A stretch of DNA of 32,000 bases from Phycisphaera mikurensis NBRC 102666 (GTDB lineage: Bacteria > Planctomycetota > Phycisphaerae > Phycisphaerales > Phycisphaeraceae): the NCBI RefSeq assembly GCF_000284115.1, contig NC_017080.1, forward strand, positions 240,001 through 272,000. Direction: 5' to 3'. The notes below the pieces were generated by a model. It saw nothing but the letters and a program-made list of their open reading frames with translations. It was not told the DNA's origin and did not search any database. The position numbers and the translations under genes were made by a program. Shown here one piece after another: positions 1 to 9,090 of the stretch. Within the stretch, counting starts at the first letter, position 1. Every line of letters begins with the position of its first letter.

Positions 1-93
1 GGCTGGGGCCTGTGGGCCTTCGCCGGCAGCGTCCTCCTGTCGATGATCGCGGGCATGGTGCTGGCGAGCGTGCCGACGCGGAGCGCCTTCTGA
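1..93 (+). CDS. 3' end of a membrane protein CDS (partial, ...GWGLWAFAGSVLLSMIAGMVLASVPTRSAF*)
   Basis: Open frame from base 1 to TGA at 91-93, hydrophobic TM-like peptide; start lies outside the window. Confidence 0.45.
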   Translation, partial: GWGLWAFAGSVLLSMIAGMVLASVPTRSAF

Positions 94-252
94 CCCGATG
101 CGCCGGCCGGGCCGGCGGACCCGCCGCGTCTCGCGTGGCGCCGGCCGGCGCGAGGAGGCCGCTGGGCTCCACGGCCCCGGCCGGCTTGGTAGGTTGATCG
201 CCGGAGAAGCTGGCGTTGCAGCTCTCCCGCTTCTTGAACCCTGGAGGCCGCG

Positions 253-1047
253 ATGAGCTCTCGAACCCGCGTCGTTCTGCTGACTCTGTTTTCCGGGGCT
301 TGGGCCGCGAGCCCGGCCGGGGCCACGCCCGACTCGGGCTATGGCGTCCGCGTAGAGGCCGGCGGCTACGAGTCGCTGGACTTCGGCTTCACCGCCCTGC
401 CCGCCGTCGATGGCGGAGAGTTCACGGCCTTCGCCGAGGCGGATCGGGAGATCTTCGGGCTCCGCGGCGAAGCGACGGCCTTCTACGAGGAGGGCTTGGG
501 GTTCCTGCCGCGGCTGACCGCGTCGGCGGAGACCGTCGCGGCGCCCGGCGACCGGCTGGCGTCGGCGGCGACCGGCATCCAGGGGTTCCGCTTCGACGGG
601 CAGGGGCCCACCGAGCTGGTCATCGACTACCAGCTCAGCGGCGACGTCACGCAGGGCAGCAACGCCGAGTCCTTCATCGGGGCCGACGTCTTCGTCTACC
701 TCGGCTACGACGTGGCCTTCACCTCCCTGCTGAACCTGCGGACCGAGGAGGTCCCCGCCGAGGATCGGCTCGCGGAGTCCGTCCGGACGCTGACGGCTTC
801 GGGGTCCATCAGCGACCAGCTCCGCTTCCTCATCCTGCCCGGCGAGGACTTCTACGTGGCGGCCGAGCTCGTCGCCTCCGCCGAGCGTGGCGGGGTCGCC
901 GACGCCCGGAGCACCCTCACGCTCTCCTTCGAGGACACCACCGACTTGATCGCGGCCCTGCCGCTGAGCATCCCCGAGCCCGCCTCGGGCGCCGCGTTGC
1001 TGCTCGCCGGAGCCGGCCTGCTCCGCCGCCGCCAAGCGGAACGCTGA
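253..1047 (+). CDS. PEP-CTERM sorting domain-containing exported protein
   Basis: 264-aa ORF with N-terminal signal peptide (VVLLTLFSGAWAASPAGA) and C-terminal IPEPASGAALLLAGAGLLRRRQAER, i.e. PEP motif + TM + Arg-rich tail. Confidence 0.85.
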   Translation: MSSRTRVVLLTLFSGAWAASPAGATPDSGYGVRVEAGGYESLDFGFTALPAVDGGEFTAFAEADREIFGLRGEATAFYEEGLGFLPRLTASAETVAAPGDRLASAATGIQGFRFDGQGPTELVIDYQLSGDVTQGSNAESFIGADVFVYLGYDVAFTSLLNLRTEEVPAEDRLAESVRTLTASGSISDQLRFLILPGEDFYVAAELVASAERGGVADARSTLTLSFEDTTDLIAALPLSIPEPASGAALLLAGAGLLRRRQAER

Positions 1048-1207
1048 GCCCGCTTCGACGGCTTGCGTGGCTCGGACCCGACCGGGCGGTCGCTCGGCTC
1101 CGTTACGCCTTCCCGCTCTCCGCGATCCAGCGGGGGACTGCCCCGGCGCCGCTGGACCCGCGGACCGTCGCTCGTTTCGGCTGAAAGCGTCGGCGGTCCG
1201 CGGATGC

Positions 1208-3172
1208 TCAGCCCATCAGCTTCCGGAAGCTCTTCTCGATGCCCTCGGGGTCGAGGCCCTGGAAGCCCATCTGGCGCCAGAGGCCGCCCGAGCCCTCGGC
1301 GTGGGTGCCGATGTGGTCGTAGCGGCCGGTGAAGCCGGCCTTCAGAAGCATCGAGCCGAAGCGGGAGCCCAGGCCGGTCTTGACGTTGAGCTCCTCGGCG
1401 ACGAGCACACGCGGGGCGGCGGCGAGCTTGCTCATCATCGCGTCGTCGGTGGTGTTGAGGCAGGCCTTGTTCACGAGGCCGACCTTCTTGCCATCTCCGC
1501 GGAGCGCCTCGACCGCGGCGAGGGCGCGGTGCAGGGTGGCGCCGAAGCTGACGATCACGCCGTCGGAGAAATCGTCGCGGATGGCGTCGTCGGTGCCCGG
1601 CTCGAAGGACCGGCCCGCGTAGAACCGCGAGCCGTCCTCGGCGAGGATCCACGGCAGCTTGCTGCGGTTGGAGAACACGAAGCGGAGGCCGACGTCGTCG
1701 AAGACCCGCTTCACGCAGGCTTCGAACTGGGCGGGGTCCCCGGGGAAGTAGAGACGCGTCGTGTCCGCGTGGCTGTCGGGGGAGTGGTCCGTGTCGGCGG
1801 GCGCCCCCGGGATGCCGCCGTCGGCGAAGAAGTGGTTGATGCCGAAGTGGCACGTGTTGTCGGCCATGTCGTCCACGCCGGAGTGGCTGAAGTGGCAGAG
1901 CACGTTGCTCTGGTTCAGCCGCGCCATCGTGATCTCGGAGATGCACATCTCCAGGAAGGCCGAGAAGGTGGAGAAGACCCCCTGCCGTCCCTCCTCCATG
2001 CCGAAGCCGGCCGCGGCGGAGAAGTTGCCCCGCTCCTGGATGCCGCCGGCGACGAACAGGTCGGGGAAGGCCTTGTGGATCGTCGCCAGCCCGGTGGAGC
2101 CCTCCAAGTCGCAGTCGAAGACGCGGACGGTGGTGCGGCGGTCGGGCTCGGGGATGCCGTTGATGATGTCGACCATCACGTCGCCGAACAGGGCGCGGTT
2201 GGCTTTCACCTCCTCGCTGGAGCCGGCGTACCGGGGCTTGCTGTCGACCTTGGGGGCCTGCCCGAGCATCTCGATGGCCGCCTTGCAGCCGGCGGCGTCG
2301 CCGCGGGTCTCGAGGTAGGCGACCGCGGCGTCCTTGCTGAAGACGTCGTGCCCATGGGTGGTGCCCTCGACACCGGGGACGCCGGGGGCCATCGGCCGCT
2401 TGCAGATGACGGCGGTCGGGCCGTCGGAGGTGGCGGCGGCGCAGACCTGCGCGAACAGCGCGTCGAGGTCCTCGGCCTGCACGGTCTCGACGGGGAGGCC
2501 GTGGCCGGCGAGCGTCTTGCCGACGTCGAAGCCCTCCATGTAGTTGCTGGGGTGGCCGGCGATCGTGACGTCGTTGTCGTCGATCAGCAGCTTCACGTTG
2601 AGGCGCTGCGCGACGGCGAGGCGCGCGGCCTCGGCGTCGTCGCCCTCCTGCTGGCTGCCGTCGCTGCCGAGCATGAAGACCGCCTGGTCGGGGTGGGCCA
2701 TCGCCACGCCGTTCACGAAGGGCCAGATGTGGCCGAGGCGCCCGCCGGAGAACTTGACGCCGGGCGTGAAGCCGCGCTCGGGGTGGCCGGGCAGCTTCTC
2801 CATGTACTCGCGGTAGTGCAGCAGCTTCTCGGCGGGCATCGCGCCCTCGAGCACCGAGAGCAGGTACTGCGTGGCGACGCGGTGGCCGGCCTCGTCGAAC
2901 ACGATCGGGACGATCGGCGTGCCGCCGCCGTCCTCGGCGTGCTTCATGAGCGCCTTGACGATGACGACCTCGGGCACGGTGTCGTACGGGCCGCCGGAGT
3001 GGCCGGAGAGCCCGCGGGCGCCGGCGTAGGCCGTGAAGAACACGATGACGTCGCGGCAGAGCTCGATGTTGTGGCGGAGATCGGCCCGCTGGTCGTCGGT
3101 CAGCGTCGGCCGCTTCGGGTCGAGGGCGACGTGGCGGTACGTGGAGAGGTCGAAGGGGAAGGTCTGGGGCAT
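1208..3172 (-). CDS. Transketolase-like protein (divergent)
   Basis: Start taken at MPQTFPFDLSTYRHVAL (CAT at 3170-3172); contains GLSGHSGGPYDT, FMLGSDGSQQEGDDAEAARLAVAQRLNVKLLIDDNDVTIAG (TPP-binding region equivalent) and a C-terminal transketolase-like domain (RFGSMLLKAGFTGRYDHIG). Confidence 0.85.
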   Translation of the reverse strand: MPQTFPFDLSTYRHVALDPKRPTLTDDQRADLRHNIELCRDVIVFFTAYAGARGLSGHSGGPYDTVPEVVIVKALMKHAEDGGGTPIVPIVFDEAGHRVATQYLLSVLEGAMPAEKLLHYREYMEKLPGHPERGFTPGVKFSGGRLGHIWPFVNGVAMAHPDQAVFMLGSDGSQQEGDDAEAARLAVAQRLNVKLLIDDNDVTIAGHPSNYMEGFDVGKTLAGHGLPVETVQAEDLDALFAQVCAAATSDGPTAVICKRPMAPGVPGVEGTTHGHDVFSKDAAVAYLETRGDAAGCKAAIEMLGQAPKVDSKPRYAGSSEEVKANRALFGDVMVDIINGIPEPDRRTTVRVFDCDLEGSTGLATIHKAFPDLFVAGGIQERGNFSAAAGFGMEEGRQGVFSTFSAFLEMCISEITMARLNQSNVLCHFSHSGVDDMADNTCHFGINHFFADGGIPGAPADTDHSPDSHADTTRLYFPGDPAQFEACVKRVFDDVGLRFVFSNRSKLPWILAEDGSRFYAGRSFEPGTDDAIRDDFSDGVIVSFGATLHRALAAVEALRGDGKKVGLVNKACLNTTDDAMMSKLAAAPRVLVAEELNVKTGLGSRFGSMLLKAGFTGRYDHIGTHAEGSGGLWRQMGFQGLDPEGIEKSFRKLMG

Positions 3173-3270
3173 CGGAAGGCTTCGGGGCGTGGAATCGGCG
3201 GTCCGTCGCCGCGCTCGCAGCGGCTGGGCGGGCGAGCTTATCGGCCGTCGGCCGGGCCTCCCCGGGCGCC

Positions 3271-3963
3271 TCAGCCGCCGAGCGCCCGACGCAACGCCGA
3301 CTCCGCGGCGGGGTTCCGCTTCCACCGGTCCCACCGCAACCCGGCCGCGCCGGCCGCCGGGCCGGCGCCTCCGGGCCGCGTGGCGGAGAAGAAGCCCTCT
3401 GGCGGCCGGCTCTCGCCGGTTGGGGGCGTGTCGCCGCCGGGGAGCGGATCGGATGCGTCGCCACGATCGCGGGCGGCGGAGCCCGCGTCGTTGAAGACGC
3501 CCCCGCTGGAGCGGATCACCAGGCGGCGCGACGGCCGCCGCGCCCGCTCCGTCCAGACCTCGATCGCGGGCCGCGGCCCCGCGGACAGGTCGATGGTCGC
3601 GACGTCGCGGAGCTCGCCGAGCGTGCCGGCGGCGGCGAGGGCCACCCCCCCGCCGCCCCGCCGCAGCGGCTCGAGCAGCGTGGGCACGGGGCGGGGCCGC
3701 GACCGCACCAGGCTCTCGCCGCGGTGATCGACGCGCCAGCCCGCCGCCCGCATGGCCGCCGCGGCCCGATCGACCGCGGCCGAGCCCGGGGCGCCGGCGT
3801 CGCCGGATCGCTCCGCCGGAGCGGGGGGCTCCGGGGGTGCCGCGGGGCGGGCGTCCGCCGCCGTGCAGCCGGCGACCGGCAGACCCAATCCCGTCGCGGC
3901 CAGGCCGCAGGCGAGCAGGACCGGCCGGAGCGGGAGCGGGAGGCGACGCGGCGTGGGCAGCAC
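3271..3963 (-). CDS. Predicted lipoprotein of unknown function
   Basis: GTG start at 3963-3961; N-terminus VLPTPRRLPLPLRPVLLACGLAATGLGLPVAGC is a lipobox-type signal; 230 aa to TGA (tca 3271-3273). Confidence 0.6.
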   Translation of the reverse strand: MLPTPRRLPLPLRPVLLACGLAATGLGLPVAGCTAADARPAAPPEPPAPAERSGDAGAPGSAAVDRAAAAMRAAGWRVDHRGESLVRSRPRPVPTLLEPLRRGGGGVALAAAGTLGELRDVATIDLSAGPRPAIEVWTERARRPSRRLVIRSSGGVFNDAGSAARDRGDASDPLPGGDTPPTGESRPPEGFFSATRPGGAGPAAGAAGLRWDRWKRNPAAESALRRALGG

Positions 3964-4029
3964 GCGAGGAGGGTAATCGTCCCGCCCGCTCGGCCCGCCG
4001 GCGGGTGAATCCGCGGCGGCATCCCGCCG

Positions 4030-5706
4030 ATGCCGCCGCCGATGACGCCCAACGCCCCGCCGCCGCCGATCGCCACCGGCACCCCCGGCACGAACCACCG
4101 GCCGGGCACGCTGCGCCGGCGGCTCATCGGGTCGGCGCTCGGCGGCCTGCTGGTGGCCATGCTGGCGCTGGGCCTGACGGCCTACCTCCTGCTGACCGCG
4201 GCGGTGCTCGACCGGGAAGCGGCCGCCTCCGCCTCCGCGGCGGCGTTGATCGAGCGGTCGGTCTCGGAGGCTCCACCGCAGGAGCGGGCGGCGGTGCTGC
4301 GGCGGCTCGCGGCCGCCGCGGGGATCGAGCGGCTCGCCCTCCGCCGCGGCGACCACGCGCTGTTCGAGTCGGGTGTGACCGAGGAGCCGCCCGCTGGGCT
4401 CGGGCGCCTCCTCTCGGCGGCCACCCTGGCCGAGCCGTTGCACCTGATCCGGCTCCCCGTCCTGCCGCCCGCCGGCGGTCCGCGGGCCGCCGGCGGCGTC
4501 GTGCCCGAGCTGGAGGTCGGCGTGCGTTCCACGCAGCACGCGGCCACGCTGAAGCGCCTGGGCCTGCGGCTGGTCGCGGCGATGGCCTGCGTCTTCGCGG
4601 CCGTCGGCCTCGTCGTCGTGGTGCTGATGATCCGCCTCACCGCCCCGCTGCCGACGCTCCGCTCCGCGGTTCTGCGGGCCCGGCAGGCGGGGCGGACCGG
4701 CTCGGTGGAGCCCGTCCCGGCACCCCGCGGCCGGCAGCGCCACGGCGAGATCGAGGCGCTCTGCCGCGTCGTCGACGCGATGGGGGCGGACATCGCCGAC
4801 GCCCGCCAGCGCATCGTGAACGCCAACGAGGAGCTCAGCCAGCAAGTGAAAGCCCGCACCGCGGAGCTGAGCCAGGCGAACCGCCAGCTCGAGCTCGAAG
4901 CGGAAGACAAGAACCACTTCCTCCGCGCGGTCAGCCACGACCTCAACGCCCCGCTCCGCAACATCGACGGCCTCTCGCGGCTGCTCATGAGCAAGCACGC
5001 CGCGGAGCTCTCCGAAGGGGCCGCGTCCCGCCTCGAGCGGATCTGCATCAACGTCAAGCAGCAGCACGAGCTCATCAGCGACCTCCTCGAGCTCTCCAAG
5101 CTGCGGACCAAGGCCCACCGCCCGACGATCCTCCGGCTCGGCGAGCTGGTCGACGAGGTCGCCAAGGGCCTCGGCTTCGACCTGGAGACGGCGCGGATCG
5201 GCTTCGAGATGCGGGGCGAGTGGCCGGTGATCCACGCGGAGCGGAACCGCATGCGGCAGGTGTTCCAGAACCTGATCGACAACGCGATCAAGTACATGAT
5301 GGACAGCACCGAGCGGCGGATCACGGTGGGGGTCGTCCGCGAGCACGACTTCGAGGCGGACGTCTTCAAAGGGGTCGACAGCTACCGCTTCACCGTCGCC
5401 GACACGGGGCGGGGCATCGCGGCGGAGGACCTCCACACCGTCTACCGGGTCTTTGCGCGGGCGATCCATTCCGGAACGCACGCGGTGCCGGGCCGCGGCG
5501 TCGGCCTCGCGAGCGTCGAGGCGATCGTGCGGGGCTACGGCGGCCGCGTCGGCGTGGAGAGCACCCTGGGGTCCGGCTCGCGCTTCTGGTTCACGCTCCC
5601 GGTGGCCGCCGTCGCGTCGAATCCGGCCGCGGGCGCCGAGGCCACGTCCGCGGAGCCGGAGCCGCCCAAGACGCCCGGCTCGGCCGCTCCGCGGGTCGCG
5701 GCTTGA
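4030..5706 (+). CDS. Membrane sensor histidine kinase (HAMP-like linker, phytochrome-type H-box, HATPase_c)
   Basis: 558 aa; two TM segments; H-box FLRAVSHDLNAPLRNIDG; N-box VFQNLIDNAIKYM; G-boxes DTGRGIAAEDLH, GRGVGLASVEAIVRGYGG, GSGSRFWFTLP. Confidence 0.92.
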   Translation: MPPPMTPNAPPPPIATGTPGTNHRPGTLRRRLIGSALGGLLVAMLALGLTAYLLLTAAVLDREAAASASAAALIERSVSEAPPQERAAVLRRLAAAAGIERLALRRGDHALFESGVTEEPPAGLGRLLSAATLAEPLHLIRLPVLPPAGGPRAAGGVVPELEVGVRSTQHAATLKRLGLRLVAAMACVFAAVGLVVVVLMIRLTAPLPTLRSAVLRARQAGRTGSVEPVPAPRGRQRHGEIEALCRVVDAMGADIADARQRIVNANEELSQQVKARTAELSQANRQLELEAEDKNHFLRAVSHDLNAPLRNIDGLSRLLMSKHAAELSEGAASRLERICINVKQQHELISDLLELSKLRTKAHRPTILRLGELVDEVAKGLGFDLETARIGFEMRGEWPVIHAERNRMRQVFQNLIDNAIKYMMDSTERRITVGVVREHDFEADVFKGVDSYRFTVADTGRGIAAEDLHTVYRVFARAIHSGTHAVPGRGVGLASVEAIVRGYGGRVGVESTLGSGSRFWFTLPVAAVASNPAAGAEATSAEPEPPKTPGSAAPRVAA

Positions 5707-5821
5707 GGCGGCCGGGCCGTCGGCACCCGCTCCGGCCGGCCCGCCGGGCCCGGGCACGCGTCGCGCCCGGCGGGTGCCGGGCCGCTGGATCGCCGGCCCG
5801 ATCCACCCGATCTCTCCTCCC

Positions 5822-6853
5822 GTGGAGTCCACCCCGCCCGCCAACGCCGTCGCAAGTCCCTCCCCCCGGCTCCTCCTCATTGAGGACGATCCCGACACCG
5901 CGGACCTGATCCTCGAAACCGTTCAGGATTACTTCGGACGCGGCTGCTGCGACCACGCCCCCGACGCCGCCGCGGCACGCGCGGCGGACATCGACGGCTT
6001 CGACCTGGTGCTCTCGGACATGAACCTGCCGGACGGCACCGGCCTGGAGGTGATGGACTCGCTGCTCGAGCGGAGGCCCGACCTCCCGATCGTTTTCGTG
6101 ACGGGCGAGAACATCCTCGGCAACGCCGTGGCCGCCGTGAAGAAGGGTGCGTACGACTACGTGGTGAAGGCGGGCGACTACCTCTTCACCATCCCGGTGG
6201 TGGTGGAGAAGAACCTCGAGCTCTGGCGGATCAAGCAGGACAACCAGCGCATGGCCCGGGAGCTCGCCGAGATGCTCGGGGCGGTGCAGCAGAAGAACCG
6301 GCAGCTGGAGGAGGCGGTGGCCCGGGCGGAGACGCTGGCCGCGACCGACCCGCTCACCGGCCTCGCCAACCGGCGCTCCCTCAACAAGAGCCTTAGCCAA
6401 CGCTTCGCCGAGACGAAGCGCAGCGGCGGCGACCTGGCGGTGCTGATGATGGACCTCGACGGCTTCAAGGGCCTCAACGACCATGCCGGCCACCCCGCCG
6501 GAGACCGGATGCTCGTCGCCGCGGCGCGGGCGATCGAAGCGAACTGCCGGCACTCCGACGTCGCGGGCCGCTTCGGGGGCGATGAGTTCGTCGTCGTGCT
6601 GCCGTCGACGGGCCTGGACCTCGCGCGCGGCGTTGCCGAGCGGATCCGCGAGGATTTCGAGGCGTCGGCCCGCGGTGCCTGCCGCGAGGTGGGCTACCCC
6701 GACTCGGTCAGCATGTCCGCGGGGCTCGCGACGCTGCGGGGCAGCGACAGCCGGAGCGTCGAGCAGCTGGTGGCCCACGCCGACGCGGCGTTGTACGCCG
6801 CGAAAGCGGCCGGGAAACGCCGCCTGGAGATCTACACGCGCGAAGCCGCGTGA
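5822..6853 (+). CDS. Response regulator with REC and GGDEF domains (diguanylate cyclase)
   Basis: REC: RLLLIEDDPDTADLI...DLVLSDMNLPDGTG...VFVTGE...VVKAG; GGDEF domain: DPLTGLANRRSLN...RHSDVAGRFGGDEFVVVLP. Probable GTG start at 5822 (VESTPPANAV). Confidence 0.93.
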   Translation: MESTPPANAVASPSPRLLLIEDDPDTADLILETVQDYFGRGCCDHAPDAAAARAADIDGFDLVLSDMNLPDGTGLEVMDSLLERRPDLPIVFVTGENILGNAVAAVKKGAYDYVVKAGDYLFTIPVVVEKNLELWRIKQDNQRMARELAEMLGAVQQKNRQLEEAVARAETLAATDPLTGLANRRSLNKSLSQRFAETKRSGGDLAVLMMDLDGFKGLNDHAGHPAGDRMLVAAARAIEANCRHSDVAGRFGGDEFVVVLPSTGLDLARGVAERIREDFEASARGACREVGYPDSVSMSAGLATLRGSDSRSVEQLVAHADAALYAAKAAGKRRLEIYTREAA

Positions 6854-6864
6854 ACGTTGTTCAC
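6850..6864. repeat. Palindromic motif GTGAAC-GTT-GTTCAC overlapping the stop of the GGDEF gene
   Basis: Perfect 6-bp inverted arms with 3-nt centre read directly. Confidence 0.5.
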
Positions 6865-7151
6865 GAATTATCGGACGGGTCCGGTTTGCCGCGGCCCGAT
6901 GTGTGTTGCGAACGGGCGGCGGCACCGGTGGGCTGCCCGGAAGCGTGCACGGCACGCTGGCTCGAACGGGCGGTGAGTGTGTCCATTGATGGCTCCACGC
7001 GTGGTGGTCGCGTCCTCCGCTCCGCCCGCACAAGCTGCGGGCAAGCGGTCGGAGAGGTGAGGCGGAAGCCGTCGACCCCGCGCGACCGTTCGGCGTGGAG
7101 GAACGCCCGCGGCGTGCGTCTGCCGCTTCGCGTGTGCCGCACCAACCGGCG

Positions 7152-7167
7152 GGTTCCACGTGGAACC
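7152..7167. promoter_or_regulatory. parS: parS-like centromere site GGTTCCACGTGGAACC
   Basis: Perfect 16-bp palindrome containing the core GTTCCACGTGGAAC, closely matching the canonical chromosomal parS (TGTTCCACGTGAAACA); 0.9 kb from parB. Confidence 0.85.
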
Positions 7168-8021
7168 GTTCCGCCGATGCGATGCCTTCCGCTCGGCGGC
7201 GTGCTCGCCGGTGGAGGGGCGGCGGGCGGCTGGGATCCCGGCCGCCGCTTCGCCCGGCGGGGAGCGGGACCGGATCCCGCGACTCCCGCCTGAACCAGCG
7301 GGTGGACGGACAAGCTCCGGAGGTGAGGATGGCGGAGGACGCGGTCGCTGGCGTTGGGCCTGCAGAGCGCTTCCCAAGCGGCCGGTGCGGAACGTCCGAT
7401 CGCCGCGACGCCCCTCGGGTCCGGAGGCTGCGGCGTCGGCGCGGTCCCGGATGCCGCCGCCGAGCCCGGTGGACCTCCACGGATCCGCGGTCGGCCGGCG
7501 GCCCCGGGTGCCAGCAAGGCCGACGACGCACCCGACGGCTTGCCGGCTGCCGTCGCTCCTCCGGGGGGCGAGGTGACTCCGCTCCCGCGGCAAGAGGCTG
7601 CGCGGGTGCGGACGCCTGCTCGACCCCGTGCCGTCCGCATCAGCGGAGACGGCACGCACCCGACCCGCCCTGCTCCTACGCCGATCGCGCGGCGGGGAGC
7701 CGTCGCGTGGGAGCGGTGCGAGGAGCCCCATCGGCCTTGCAGCTTCACGACACGCGGTGCGTCGGGTGACGCTGAGGCAGCAGGCTGGTGGGTTCCCGCG
7801 TCCGAACCCGCCGAGCAGCCCTCCACATCCTGGAAACGGGTCGATTGACGCCGGCGAAGCACCGCTCCGGTGTCAACGACTCAAACGTCGGGAGCGGGCC
7901 GCTCCTGAGTGTCGCTGCCGCGGCAGGCCGGTCCGGGCGGGCGGTCGGGCGGTCGGGCGGTCACCTCGAAGGATGCCGCGTGTCGGCCGCCCGAGACGAC
8001 GCGGACCGCCCGCCCCCCACA

Positions 8022-8037
8022 CGTTCCACGTGGAACC
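8022..8037. promoter_or_regulatory. parS: parS-like site CGTTCCACGTGGAACC abutting the parB stop codon
   Basis: 14-bp perfect palindromic core GTTCCACGTGGAAC at 8023-8036, immediately next to the parB stop (tca at 8038-8040). Confidence 0.87.
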
Positions 8038-8994
8038 TCAGCCCGTCTGAATGCCGAGCCGGGCGAGCAGGCGGTCGAAGTCCTCGAGCGAGCGGTACTC
8101 CAGGGTGACGACGCCCGTGCCTCTCTTCCGCCCGGGCGCGACGCGGACGGGCGTCTCCAAGCCCGCGGTGAGTTGAGACTCCAGGTCGCGGAGCCATGCG
8201 GCCTTCACCGCCGGCGGTGCGTGCTCGTCGGAGCGACGTCGGGCCGGCGGGCCGCCCCGCTGCGCCTCCTGCTCCAGCCTCCGCACGGACCAGCCCTCCG
8301 ACACGCAACGCTCCGCCAAGGCCTCTTGCAGCGACGGCTCCTCGATCCCCGTGAGCACGCGTGCGTGCCCCATTTTCAGATGATCCTCGATGACGAGTTT
8401 CTGCACCGCGGGCGTCAGCCCGAGCAGCCGGATGAGGTTGGAGACGGCGGGGCGGGAGAGGCCCACCGCGGCGGCGACCTCGGCGTGGCTGAGGCTCTGC
8501 GTTTCGCAGAGGTCGTGGAGCGCCCGCGCCCTCTCCATCGGGTTGAGGTCTTCCCGCTGGACGTTCTCGATGAGTGCCCACCGGGCGGCGTCGCCGTCGT
8601 TCAGCGGCCGCACCACCGCGTCGACGGTCTCCAGCTCCGCGATGCCCGCCGCCCGCCAGCGTCGCTCGCCCGCCACGATCTCGTACCCCCCGGCGGGGCG
8701 GGGACGCACGGTGATCGGCTGGACGAAGCCGTCCACGCGGAGGCTCTCCGCCAGCCCCTTCAAGGCTTCCTCCGTGAACCGCCGGCGGGGCTGCAGCGGA
8801 TTCGGATGCACCTCCCCCAGCGGCAGCGCCACGACGGCGGCCTCCGTGGATCCACGTGGGACCTCCGGAGCCTCGGCTTCCCGGGGCGGGAGGGCGGCCG
8901 CGGCCGCCGGCGGTGGAACGCGCACCGGAGCGGCCATGAGCGAACTCAAGCCCTTCCCGAGGCGTCCTGAAGATCGTCGTTTCTCGTCGGCCAT
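8038..8994 (-). CDS. parB: ParB/Spo0J family chromosome partitioning protein
   Basis: 318 aa; N-terminal RLGKGLSSLM motif; PNPLQPRRRFTEEALKGLAESLRVDGFVQPITVRPRPAGGYEIVAGERRWRAA; ENVQREDLNPMERARAL; HTH LSHAEVAAAVGLSRPAVSNLIRLLGL. Confidence 0.95.
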   Translation of the reverse strand: MADEKRRSSGRLGKGLSSLMAAPVRVPPPAAAAALPPREAEAPEVPRGSTEAAVVALPLGEVHPNPLQPRRRFTEEALKGLAESLRVDGFVQPITVRPRPAGGYEIVAGERRWRAAGIAELETVDAVVRPLNDGDAARWALIENVQREDLNPMERARALHDLCETQSLSHAEVAAAVGLSRPAVSNLIRLLGLTPAVQKLVIEDHLKMGHARVLTGIEEPSLQEALAERCVSEGWSVRRLEQEAQRGGPPARRRSDEHAPPAVKAAWLRDLESQLTAGLETPVRVAPGRKRGTGVVTLEYRSLEDFDRLLARLGIQTG

Positions 8995-9062
8995 CCCGGA
9001 CGATACCGCGGCACGCGAGGCCGCACTTGTGGGAAACTGGGTAATATAGGCAGTCCAGATAT

Positions 9063-9090
9063 GTTATCGGACGTGCAGGAGCCCGATAAC
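9063..9090. repeat. Inverted repeat GTTATCGG-N12-CCGATAAC upstream of parB
   Basis: 8-bp perfect arms at 9063-9070 and 9083-9090; overlaps the expected upstream promoter region of parB (TATATT on minus strand at 9043-9048). Confidence 0.55.

Noticed and set aside
3271-5898. 875-aa and 690-aa ORFs spanning the histidine kinase gene in other frames
   Set aside because: Only the 3271..3963 part is plausible as a lipoprotein; the rest is the shadow of the kinase CDS.
6861-7862. Overlapping ORFs (333, 287, 224 and 164 aa) on both strands in the parB-proximal region
   Set aside because: Low-complexity, mutually overlapping, no recognisable domain or codon-position signal; treated as non-coding pending comparative data.
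7939-7962. Three tandem copies of GGGCGGTC
   Set aside because: Short GC-rich microrepeat expected by slippage in such DNA; no further evidence of function.
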